Positions 26,930 to 35,473 of a DNA stretch of 64,000 bases are shown piece by piece. The position numbers were made by a program, and so were the translations under genes. Below the pieces are notes generated by a model. The model ran no database searches, had not been told where the DNA came from, and worked only from the letters and a program-made list of their open reading frames with translations. Where the stretch lies: NCBI GenBank assembly GCA_049418765.1, contig JBMSJJ010000002.1:104031-168030 (forward strand), given 5' to 3'. This stretch comes from Rickettsiales bacterium. GTDB taxonomy: Bacteria > Pseudomonadota > Alphaproteobacteria > Rickettsiales > UBA1997. Within the stretch, counting starts at the first letter, position 1; each line of letters starts with the position of its first letter.

Positions 26930-27680
26930 CAGGGTAAAATTTTCTTCTGACAAAATTAGCGGTGTTATCACCATGGCTAGTTGCTCAATTTATAAAATTC
27001 CTAGGCTAAAAGTGAGTAAAATTTTCTTCTGACAAAATTAGCGGTGTTATCACCCTTCCCCGTTGCTAAGAGGGTAAAATTTTCTGCAAAGAAAATTTTG
27101 GGAGGGGGAGTTTTGGTTTATCAAGGAAATTTACTTTATCAAATTATTTGGAGTTTTAATTATAATTCCTTTGCCCCCTCCCAAAATTTTTTTTGATAAA
27201 AAAAATTTTACCCTCCCGCGAAGGGGAGGGTGATGAAACCGCTTTTTTTGATAAAAAAAATTTTACCCTCTTAGCAACGGGGAGGGTGATGAAACCGCTT
27301 TTTTTGATAAAAAAAATTTTACCCTCTTAGCAACGGGGAGGGTGATGAAACCGCTTTTGATAACACCGCTTTTTTGATAATTTTTTTGACCCCCACGGCT
27401 AAAAGTTTTAACTACAGTTAAATTCTTTTCGTCCGCTCCCTGCGTAAAGCGGTGGAGCTAAGAACCGCTTTCGTTGCGAGCATATTTCAATAATCGTATT
27501 TTTTAAAAATTACTTAAAAGAATAATATAGGGGTGTAAGACTTGCTAAGAGGGTAAAATTTCCTCTGGCAAAATTAGCGGTCTCATCACCCTATTTCCTC
27601 TAGCAAAATTAGCGGTCTCATCACCCTCCCCGTTGCTATGAGGGTAAAATTTTCTGCAAAGAAAATTTTGGGAGGGAGAG
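26930..27680. repeat. Cluster of palindromic REP/CIR-like elements in both orientations, including a 56-bp tandem array
   Basis: Core CCCTCCC-AAAATTTT-x-AAAATTTT-ACCCTC-(CCGCGAA/TTAGCAAC)-GGGGAGGG-TGATGAAACCGC. Minus copies at about 26930-26972, 27014-27110 and 27542-27680; plus copy from 27174 followed by 56-bp tandem units to about 27355; diverged copy at 27390-27470. Confidence 0.92.
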
Positions 27681-27696
27681 GGAGAGTTTTGTTTCC

Positions 27697-28833
27697 TTAC
27701 AAAATAAATAAATTATCGATGTGGATAAGTTCTTTTTTGGCTGATGTGCCGAGGATTTTTTTAATCTCGCTGGAGTTTTTTTGTAAAATTTGTTTAACTT
27801 CTAGACTGCTAAAATTGGCAACGCCACTGCCAATATGTTGTCGCTTTTCATCAAGAATAAAAATTGCCTCATTTTTGGCAAAACTGCCAATTACTTCAAT
27901 TGCTCCAACTGGCAATAAACTTACTTTTTTGGTTAAAAGTTTTTCTTTGGCGAGTTCGTTAATCACTACCGAACCCTTGGCATTAACCAAACCAGCCAAC
28001 CAGTTTTTTTTAGATTCGCTTTTGTGCTTCGAGGTTTTGGGGATTTTGTCTTGCGGAGTAAAAATCGTGAATCTTTGTTTGCCTTTGACTAATTTCTGTA
28101 AAACATTTAAATCGGTGCCATTGGTGATAATGCAATCGCTTTGCGATGACATTACCATTTTGCTTGCCATAATTTTGGTGATCATTCCTCCAGTTCCAAC
28201 TTTAGATGAAGTGCCTTTTGCCATTTTTTCAATATCTTTGGTAATTTTATTGACTATGGCGATATGTTTGGCATCTTTGTAAATTTTAGGATTTTTGTTG
28301 TAAAGACCATCAATATCTGAAAGCAATATCACTAAATCCGCTTTTATCATTTGGGCAACTCGTGCTGAAAGCCGATCATTATCGCCAATTTTAATTTCAT
28401 CGACGGCAACTGAGTCGTTTTCGTTGATAATTGGAATGATATTATTTTTTAAAAGTTCTTCGCAAGTGTTTTTGCAATTTAAAAAATTCTTCCGCAAATT
28501 GCAATCATTGGCAGTAAGAAGTATTTGTGCTACTTCATAATTATGCTTATTAAAAATATTTTTATAAATTGACATTAATTCGATTTGCCCAACCGAAGCG
28601 CATGATTGTTTTTGAGGTAGAGTTAATTTTTGATTAAGAAGCCCCAATTTGATTCTTCCAAGGGCAACCGCTCCAGAGGTGACGATAATTATTTTGCAAT
28701 TATTTGACAAAATTTTGCTTATATTTTCTGCTAAGTTTTCAATCCATTCATAGCGGATTTTATTGTCATCAACAATTAATGATGACCCAATTTTTAAAAT
28801 AATTTTGTGATATTTTTTATTGTTAATTTCCAT
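27697..28833 (-). CDS. proB: Glutamate 5-kinase
   Basis: KIGSS, VTSGAVALG, PIINENDSV, GDNDRLSARVA, GTGGMITK, C-terminal PUA domain. Start refined to 28833. Confidence 0.97.
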   Translation of the reverse strand: MEINNKKYHKIILKIGSSLIVDDNKIRYEWIENLAENISKILSNNCKIIIVTSGAVALGRIKLGLLNQKLTLPQKQSCASVGQIELMSIYKNIFNKHNYEVAQILLTANDCNLRKNFLNCKNTCEELLKNNIIPIINENDSVAVDEIKIGDNDRLSARVAQMIKADLVILLSDIDGLYNKNPKIYKDAKHIAIVNKITKDIEKMAKGTSSKVGTGGMITKIMASKMVMSSQSDCIITNGTDLNVLQKLVKGKQRFTIFTPQDKIPKTSKHKSESKKNWLAGLVNAKGSVVINELAKEKLLTKKVSLLPVGAIEVIGSFAKNEAIFILDEKRQHIGSGVANFSSLEVKQILQKNSSEIKKILGTSAKKELIHIDNLFIL

Positions 28834-28834
28834 A

Positions 28835-29809
28835 TTATTTTTGTTCAATTCCAATTTCTTTTTTGGCATTTTCAATTTGCGCTTTATAAAGAAGGTTTTG
28901 TAGCAATGGCAGAGGATATGGTTTAAAATCCAAATCACCTGAAATAACATAAACTCCAACACTTCTATTTAGTTGATTTTCAACCTCATCATTAGCAATT
29001 ATATCGGGGAAATCTTCGGATTCAATGCGTTCTTGAATGATATTTTCATCAACACCATTTTTGATTAAATAATTTTTGACTACAAAAATTCGATTTTTTA
29101 CCAAGGCTAAATTATATTTTTCTTTTATGGCATTGTCAGGGTTGCCAGTAATTATAAGTCTAAATCTACCACCTTGGGTCTTTAAATAATCGACAATTTC
29201 AAGCATTTGTTTTTGCCCTTTTTCATTTAGAATATAATTTTCAGCATCAAAAATTACTTCAAATCTTGTAAATTCGGGCTCGACAATTTTAACTTCGGGA
29301 GTTTTGTCTTTGTTCAAATCATTTAAAAAACTCTCTAATTCATCAACTAATTTAACAAAATTTACTCGACAATTCGAAAGTTCATCAGCTCGAAAAATTG
29401 CCTTAGATTCTTTTGAAACATAGCAATCATAAAGGTAAGAAAGATGAGCCATTTGAATTGGAAGTTGAAAAATCAGGGTTTGATTATTAATCAAATTTTC
29501 TAACTTTTTTTGCATTAAAACAAATTCCGACATCCTTGTTGGCTCGGCTTTCCATTTAATTGGATTTTCTGGAGAATAGCTTTTACCACCTTCAATATCT
29601 AGACCCTTTTTGGCAAAATATTCGGCGGTTTTTAAATCATTGACACCTACTAATCTGCGGGCAAAAGACAAATATTCAAGAGCTAAGAAAGCTTCATAGC
29701 CTCCAGTTGATTTGAGCATTTGTTCTTTGCTACTTAAAAGCTGTAAATAACTGATTTTAGCACAAGAGCCTGCAAATAATAATGTGAGAATTATGATAAA
29801 ATTTTTCAA
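28835..29809 (-). CDS. OmpA-family outer-membrane lipoprotein
   Basis: Lipobox-like FAGSC. The N-terminal helical domain (LALEY..FA, PENP..W, YDCYV) and C-terminal OmpA-like domain (FD, ITG..D, YNLAL..R..VK.YL..G, NRSV) resemble alphaproteobacterial OmpA proteins. TTG start. Confidence 0.75.
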   Translation of the reverse strand: MKNFIIILTLLFAGSCAKISYLQLLSSKEQMLKSTGGYEAFLALEYLSFARRLVGVNDLKTAEYFAKKGLDIEGGKSYSPENPIKWKAEPTRMSEFVLMQKKLENLINNQTLIFQLPIQMAHLSYLYDCYVSKESKAIFRADELSNCRVNFVKLVDELESFLNDLNKDKTPEVKIVEPEFTRFEVIFDAENYILNEKGQKQMLEIVDYLKTQGGRFRLIITGNPDNAIKEKYNLALVKNRIFVVKNYLIKNGVDENIIQERIESEDFPDIIANDEVENQLNRSVGVYVISGDLDFKPYPLPLLQNLLYKAQIENAKKEIGIEQK

Positions 29810-29902
29810 TGAAAATTAAAATTATGAAATTTAAGGTAAAAGGTTTTTTAAAATTAAATTAATTTACTAAAGTTAAATTCTAAAAACAACTTAAATTATA
29901 AT

Positions 29903-30514
29903 TTAATAAAATTCTACTACTCCACTGGAAATATCATACATAGCCCCAACTAAAATGATTTTTTCTTCAGCAATTAATTCATTTATAATTGGGCTTTTTT
30001 CTTTAATCTGTTTTAATACATTTTTTACATTGGCTTTGGAAACTGAATCGTAATATTGAGATTGATCCCCGTATTTTTCTTGCTGATCTTTGTCAATTAC
30101 CACACTGATTTTATCGAGTAGACCAGTCAAATGCCCCATTTTTAGGTGATTGCAGGCTCCTTTTATGGCGCCACATTCGGTATGACCAAGAACCACAACA
30201 ATTTTGGCACCCGAAATTTTGCAAGCAAATTCCATACTGCCCATAATGTCGTCATTTAAAATATTGCCGGCAATTCTACAGGAAAAAATATCTCCTAAGC
30301 CTTGGTCGAATATAAGTTCAGCCGATGTTCTAGAATCAATACAACTCAAAATAAAAGCAAATGGATATTGTTCATCACTGGTTTCATTGACTTGTTGTAA
30401 TAAATTTCGATTAAGTTTTAAATTAGTTACAAAGCGATTATTACCTGCTTGAAGCATCTCCAAAGCATGTTGTGGCGTAAGTTTGTCGCGCATTATTTTT
30501 GTAAGTGTTACCAT
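29903..30514 (-). CDS. Beta-class carbonic anhydrase
   Basis: GNNRF, LSCIDSR, FDQGLGDIF..RIAGN, VLGHTECGAI, GAMYD..SG.V. Confidence 0.95.
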   Translation of the reverse strand: MVTLTKIMRDKLTPQHALEMLQAGNNRFVTNLKLNRNLLQQVNETSDEQYPFAFILSCIDSRTSAELIFDQGLGDIFSCRIAGNILNDDIMGSMEFACKISGAKIVVVLGHTECGAIKGACNHLKMGHLTGLLDKISVVIDKDQQEKYGDQSQYYDSVSKANVKNVLKQIKEKSPIINELIAEEKIILVGAMYDISSGVVEFY

Positions 30515-32016
30515 GTTTTTTTAATAGCTTTAAGTTGAAGTTGAATATTTCTGGATTTAGCATTTATCTCAAAATCCTTGATTATTTCATAAACATCATA
30601 ATCAATAAAAACAGATTTTGAGCCATCAATTATAAGCTCAGAATTGTCAGGAATTGATTTTAATAATTGCAAAATTTTACCTTTATTTAAAAAAGAAACT
30701 TCTTGGGCTAAGGTGATAGTGAATTTGTTACGATGATGCTTTTCATTAACCCGCTCAAAGGCATTACGGAAATTATTGATCAATACAAAAATTATGGCCA
30801 CAATCATTCCTAAAATTACCCCTTTTAATAAATCAAATGCCAGCATACCAATAACGGTAACTAAAAATGGAGCAAATTGCTCATGACCAAGTTTTTTTAT
30901 TTGCAATAATACCTTTGGGTTAGCTAGCTTATAGCCAACAAAAAGCAAGATGCAAGCAAGGCTGGCAAAAGGTATCATATTTAAAATTTTTGGAATGGAA
31001 ACCGCGCATATTAATAATAAAACTCCGTGAAAAATCGCCGAATTTTTACTTTTAGCGCCAAAAGCATGATTGGCACTGCTTCTAACAATTACCTGAGTAA
31101 TGGGTAGTCCGCCAATCAAACCCGAAACTAAATTGCCAATTCCTTGAGCTTTTAACTCTTTGTTGGTTGGGGTTATGCGTTTTTCATTGTCGAGCTTGTC
31201 GATGGCTTCAACCGATAAAAGAGTTTCAATTGAAGAAACAATTGCCAAAATTAATGCAAGAAAATAAATTTTTGGATTGTTAAGCATGGAAAAATCAGGC
31301 ATAGTGAAATTATTTAAAAAATCATCGAAAGATTGGGTAACTGGAATTTGCACAATTTGATGATCAGCCAAATCGTAAAAATTGCTAATAATTATTCCAA
31401 TAAAAACCACAATTAAAGGTCCTTGAATAAATTTAAAAACCGGGTGTTTTTTCATTAAAAAATTATCCCAGATTATTAAAATTGCCAAGGAAATTGCTGA
31501 AATTATCACGGCAAGTGGAGTAATATTGGCAAGAGTTTGTTTGAAGCTAATGAAAATATTTTGGGTTAAAAATTCTTGGAAATCATTTGGGTTTTGATTG
31601 TCATAGCCAAGAGCATGAGGAATTTGTTTGATGATAATTATTAAGCCGATGCCAAATAACATTCCTTTGATTACCGAAGATGGAAAGTAATAAGCAATTG
31701 AACCTAGTCGAAAAACCCCCATCAAAAATTGTATTACACCAGCAATACAAACAATGAGTAAAAAGCCTTGATAAGAGCCAATTTCATTGATATTACTAAA
31801 AACTATGACTGCTAAACCAGCGGCTGGACCACTTACGCCAAGAGCGGATTTGCTTAAAAAACCAACTAAAATTCCACCAACAACTCCAGCAATGATGCCT
31901 GAAAATAATGGGGCTCCAGAGGCAAGAGCAATACCGAGGCAGAGTGGCAATGCCACGAAGAAAACCACAATACTGGATGGGAAATCCGATTTAAAATTAT
32001 GTAAAAATTGTTTCAT
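30508..32016 (-). CDS. SulP/SLC26 family anion (probably bicarbonate) transporter
   Basis: VVFFVALPLCLGIALASGAP, VSGPAAGL, ETLLS, ELKAQGIGN..SGLIGGLP.T.VIVRSSAN, short STAS-like C-terminus; overlaps the carbonic anhydrase gene. Confidence 0.95.
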   Translation of the reverse strand: MKQFLHNFKSDFPSSIVVFFVALPLCLGIALASGAPLFSGIIAGVVGGILVGFLSKSALGVSGPAAGLAVIVFSNINEIGSYQGFLLIVCIAGVIQFLMGVFRLGSIAYYFPSSVIKGMLFGIGLIIIIKQIPHALGYDNQNPNDFQEFLTQNIFISFKQTLANITPLAVIISAISLAILIIWDNFLMKKHPVFKFIQGPLIVVFIGIIISNFYDLADHQIVQIPVTQSFDDFLNNFTMPDFSMLNNPKIYFLALILAIVSSIETLLSVEAIDKLDNEKRITPTNKELKAQGIGNLVSGLIGGLPITQVIVRSSANHAFGAKSKNSAIFHGVLLLICAVSIPKILNMIPFASLACILLFVGYKLANPKVLLQIKKLGHEQFAPFLVTVIGMLAFDLLKGVILGMIVAIIFVLINNFRNAFERVNEKHHRNKFTITLAQEVSFLNKGKILQLLKSIPDNSELIIDGSKSVFIDYDVYEIIKDFEINAKSRNIQLQLKAIKKTW

Positions 32017-32052
32017 TGAATAAAAAATAAGTTGCTAAAAAAAAGAATAAAA

Positions 32053-32373
32053 TTAGCAATTATTTGGAGGCGATGTTGGAACTTCATTAAAAAATTCCAG
32101 AGATGAAGATAAATTAAAATATTTGAAGTTTTTAAAAATTAAATTTAATGAGTTGAAATTAAATTGGCTAGCTAGAATTTCAGAATTTTCATTTTTTGAT
32201 TTTAATGATTCTTCGCTTTCAATTTCGGGTTCAAGTTCGAGGTTAAAAGAATATTGAGGATTAGAATTATTTGCCATTAATGATAAAATTATGCTGGCAC
32301 TAAAATTAAGTATTAAACTTAAAATGACGATGTTTCTTAAGAAATTTGAAATTTTCATAATTATATTTTGCAC
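32053..32373 (-). CDS. Small hypothetical protein, candidate leader/arrest peptide
   Basis: Hydrophobic N-terminal segment, acidic middle, C-terminal EVPTSPPNNC; stop lies 36 nt upstream of sulP. Confidence 0.6.
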   Translation of the reverse strand: MQNIIMKISNFLRNIVILSLILNFSASIILSLMANNSNPQYSFNLELEPEIESEESLKSKNENSEILASQFNFNSLNLIFKNFKYFNLSSSLEFFNEVPTSPPNNC

Positions 32374-32398
32374 TAAAAAAAATTTTTAGTCAAACATT

Positions 32399-33115
32399 TT
32401 AATAAAATAATTTTGCAAAGAAATTTAATGAAGCTAAAAAGGTGATAATAGCGATTCCTTTTTTAAAATATTTGTCAGAAATTTTAACATGAATTAGATG
32501 TCCAAGATAAATGGCTATAAAGACTGGAATTATGGTTGGGAAAATTTCCGATATAATTTTTAAATCGGCAGGCGAGGTGATTGAAATTTGTATGAATCGT
32601 AAAATATTACAACATAAAAAAAACATCGCCATTGTAGTCCTAAGCGATGATTTCGAAGAAAATCTATCATATAAGGCGTTAACAACAAAAGGACCTCCGA
32701 CCCCAAATGTTCCTTGGATAAAGGTACCAAGCATCAATAATTTTAGCCGTAAAATTTTGGGGAATTGATATTTTTCAAAGAAACTTAATTTTATTGAAAG
32801 CAACAACAAAGTTACTCCAAGCAAAATAGTAAGAAAATTGGTGTTGGCAACTGAAAAAATAAAAGCCCCAAATATTGAAAAAATTATGGTTATGGGCATA
32901 ATTTTAAAAAATAATTTTTTATCAAAAAATTTGCGACCACTAAAGGCAATATACAGCGAAGAAAGGCTTCCAATATAGAGACCAGCCATTACCATGGTTT
33001 TTAAATCGGTAAAAAAACTCAAGAAAAAATAAGAGATTAACCCTCCACCAAAGCCAAAAATACTCTCAAAAAAGAAGCCGATTGAAAAAAATAAAGCAAT
33101 TAAAATTGTGCTCAT
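32399..33115 (-). CDS. Sulfite exporter TauE/SafE family membrane protein
   Basis: FFESIFGFGGGLI and QGTFGVGGPF repeats; about 8 TM segments. Confidence 0.85.
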   Translation of the reverse strand: MSTILIALFFSIGFFFESIFGFGGGLISYFFLSFFTDLKTMVMAGLYIGSLSSLYIAFSGRKFFDKKLFFKIMPITIIFSIFGAFIFSVANTNFLTILLGVTLLLLSIKLSFFEKYQFPKILRLKLLMLGTFIQGTFGVGGPFVVNALYDRFSSKSSLRTTMAMFFLCCNILRFIQISITSPADLKIISEIFPTIIPVFIAIYLGHLIHVKISDKYFKKGIAIITFLASLNFFAKLFY

Positions 33116-33246
33116 AATTTAAATTAAATTTTGTTTTTTATAGGATAATTTAATTTAAAATATTTACAATAAATTAATTATTTATTATAATTTACAGATA
33201 AAAAATTTTTTAAACTTAAAATTCAAGTTCAAATCCGTCTTTAATA

Positions 33247-34824
33247 ATGAAATTCTTTAAATTAAGCTATCAATTTTTAATAATGACTTTATGCTTGAAT
33301 TTATGTTTGAACATCAACAATAAAGCCTCTTGCGCTTCAGTTAAAAACCAAACCAAAAAAATCGAAAAACCAAAAACCAACTCGACAAACAAAACTAGTC
33401 AAGAAATTAAAAATATTGAAACGGAATATTTAGATGATGATTTGGATGATGAAGATGATTTTTTGGAGGATATTTTAGAGTTAGAGCAATGGTTTGAAGA
33501 GGATAAAAAAATAGAAAAAGAAGCTATTGATTTAAAAAAAACTGATTTAGAGCAAAATTTAAATCAATTATCTGATTCTAACATCAGTGATTTTGGTGTT
33601 TTAAGGGTGGTAATTGAAAATAAGAAAGCCCAAAAAAAATATGATACTGATGAGAGTCAAATATTTTTAAACCCTCAAATTTTTGATGTCAAAGAAAATG
33701 AAAAAATCAAAAATCTAGAAATTATCGAAAAACCTGTTCAAAAATCTATTTTTTCAATTAATCATCGTTTGGTTAATGATTTGTCTTTTGCAAATAATTT
33801 TGGCAATCCGCGCAATAATTTTCAAGATATGAAGGGTGTTGCAAGGTTTTCAACTAATGTGGAATATAAAAACTTTAAATTATTTTCGATATTAAGACTA
33901 GCTCGTATTGATAATAATCGAGATCAACAGCGAAGATTAAATGATCCATCGGGTGGTGGTTCAAGAACATTTGAAAATCTGGGCGTTACCTTGCCAGAAT
34001 TAAACCTTAAATATTCCTCTGGAAATAATTCAATAATTGCTGGTAAATTTACATCAAATTTTGGAACGGCATGGCGATGGAATCAGGGCATTTTTATTCA
34101 TAATATTGCTGGAAATTATGGTTTATTTGAAAAGCTCGGCTTGGCTTTTGTAAGTAAATATGGTGATATAAAAAAAACTGGCCTATATAATTTTTCTTTT
34201 AGCACTTTCACTAATGACAGAAAAAATTTTGACAATGCTTTGTTTCATCGCAGAGAAAGCGATACTAAATCGCAAGGTTTGGCTGGCGATACTAGAAGTT
34301 TAAAATCTTATACATTGGCTACCGACATTAATTTTGAATTTAGTGAAGATGAAAAATTAACCTATCACCTTGCTTATGCCAATTTAGCCATTAATAAAGA
34401 TATGTCTCCAATAAAAAATTCAAAAATTAAAAACCAAAATGGATATGTTTTTGGTGTAAATTATATTTTTCCTGTAATCAAAAAATTAAATGCCGAAACC
34501 TTAATTGAATATGCTAGAATCGGCAATATCAATGGCAATACCGATATTAGCAACAAATTTCTTACAACTAATTTGATTTTTAAATATAATAAAAAATATA
34601 GCCTAATGATTGGTAATTCCAAAAATAAAATTAAAAATAAATTAATTTCCAGAAGCTATAATAATTCAAGCGAAATTAATTTTGGCTATGAATTTGATAA
34701 GACTAAATTTTATGATAAAATTACCGCGCAATTTGGCTATCATCAACTTACCGAAAAATTACCAAATCAAACTCAAACCAATAAATCTTTGGCAATTTTA
34801 ATAAGATATTTTAAAAATTTTTAA
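33247..34824 (+). CDS. Putative outer-membrane beta-barrel/porin-like protein with acidic N-terminal extension
   Basis: Signal-peptide-like start, alternating beta-strand pattern (ELNLKY, IIAGKF..NFGTAW), terminal F. Confidence 0.6.
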   Translation: MKFFKLSYQFLIMTLCLNLCLNINNKASCASVKNQTKKIEKPKTNSTNKTSQEIKNIETEYLDDDLDDEDDFLEDILELEQWFEEDKKIEKEAIDLKKTDLEQNLNQLSDSNISDFGVLRVVIENKKAQKKYDTDESQIFLNPQIFDVKENEKIKNLEIIEKPVQKSIFSINHRLVNDLSFANNFGNPRNNFQDMKGVARFSTNVEYKNFKLFSILRLARIDNNRDQQRRLNDPSGGGSRTFENLGVTLPELNLKYSSGNNSIIAGKFTSNFGTAWRWNQGIFIHNIAGNYGLFEKLGLAFVSKYGDIKKTGLYNFSFSTFTNDRKNFDNALFHRRESDTKSQGLAGDTRSLKSYTLATDINFEFSEDEKLTYHLAYANLAINKDMSPIKNSKIKNQNGYVFGVNYIFPVIKKLNAETLIEYARIGNINGNTDISNKFLTTNLIFKYNKKYSLMIGNSKNKIKNKLISRSYNNSSEINFGYEFDKTKFYDKITAQFGYHQLTEKLPNQTQTNKSLAILIRYFKNF

Positions 34825-34825
34825 C

Positions 34826-35473
34826 ATGAAAAAAATTATATTAGCAGTGCCAAAAGGAAGAATCTTAAATGATTTAAAGTTGTTTTTCGAAGGTACAGAA
34901 ATTATTCCTGATGCCGATTTATTTAATGAAAATACTAGAAATTTAATTTTTAACACCAATCTCCCAAATCTTGAAATTGTTAAGGTTAGAAGTTTTGATG
35001 TTGCCAATTTTGTTAAATTTGGCGGGGCTGATTTAGGAATTTGTGGCAAAGATGTGATTGAAGAGTTCGCAAGTTCTGAATTTTTTTCAATGCTAAATTT
35101 AAATATTGGTAAATGTCGTTTGTCAATTGCTGGTGATGTAGGTCAAAATCAAGACTTCCGCAAATTTGATAAAATTAAAATCGCCACCAAATATGTTAAT
35201 ATCACCCAGAAATATTTTGAAAAATATGGTATTAAGGCAGAAATTTTAAAATTAAATGGCGCGCTGGAAATAGCCACTAAGCTTGGTCTAAGTAATTATA
35301 TTGTTGATTTGGTTAGTTCGGGTCAAACATTGATTAATAATCAAATGGTTGAAATTGAAAAAATTTTAGATGTTAGTTCTTTTTTAATTGTAAATAGAAC
35401 TTCTTTTAAAACTAAAAACCATGAAATAAATTATTTTTTAAAAATTTTTGAAAGTCGTGACACAAGAACATAA
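34826..35473 (+). CDS. hisG: ATP phosphoribosyltransferase (short form)
   Basis: LAVPKGRI, VRSFDV, ADLGICGKDV, IATKY, KLNGALE, IVDLVSSGQTL; 215 aa. Confidence 0.96.
   Translation: MKKIILAVPKGRILNDLKLFFEGTEIIPDADLFNENTRNLIFNTNLPNLEIVKVRSFDVANFVKFGGADLGICGKDVIEEFASSEFFSMLNLNIGKCRLSIAGDVGQNQDFRKFDKIKIATKYVNITQKYFEKYGIKAEILKLNGALEIATKLGLSNYIVDLVSSGQTLINNQMVEIEKILDVSSFLIVNRTSFKTKNHEINYFLKIFESRDTRT

Noticed and set aside
27185-27360. 56-bp periodic array as a CRISPR
   Set aside because: Units are near-identical over their whole length with no unique spacers, and there are no cas genes. It is a tandem amplification of the palindromic repeat.
27638-28282. 214-aa plus-strand ORF
   Set aside because: Antisense shadow of proB starting inside a repeat. 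The other short overlapping ORFs in the track (e.g. 7635-8024, 17557-17895, 23405-23869, 21740-22048) are rejected for the same reason.
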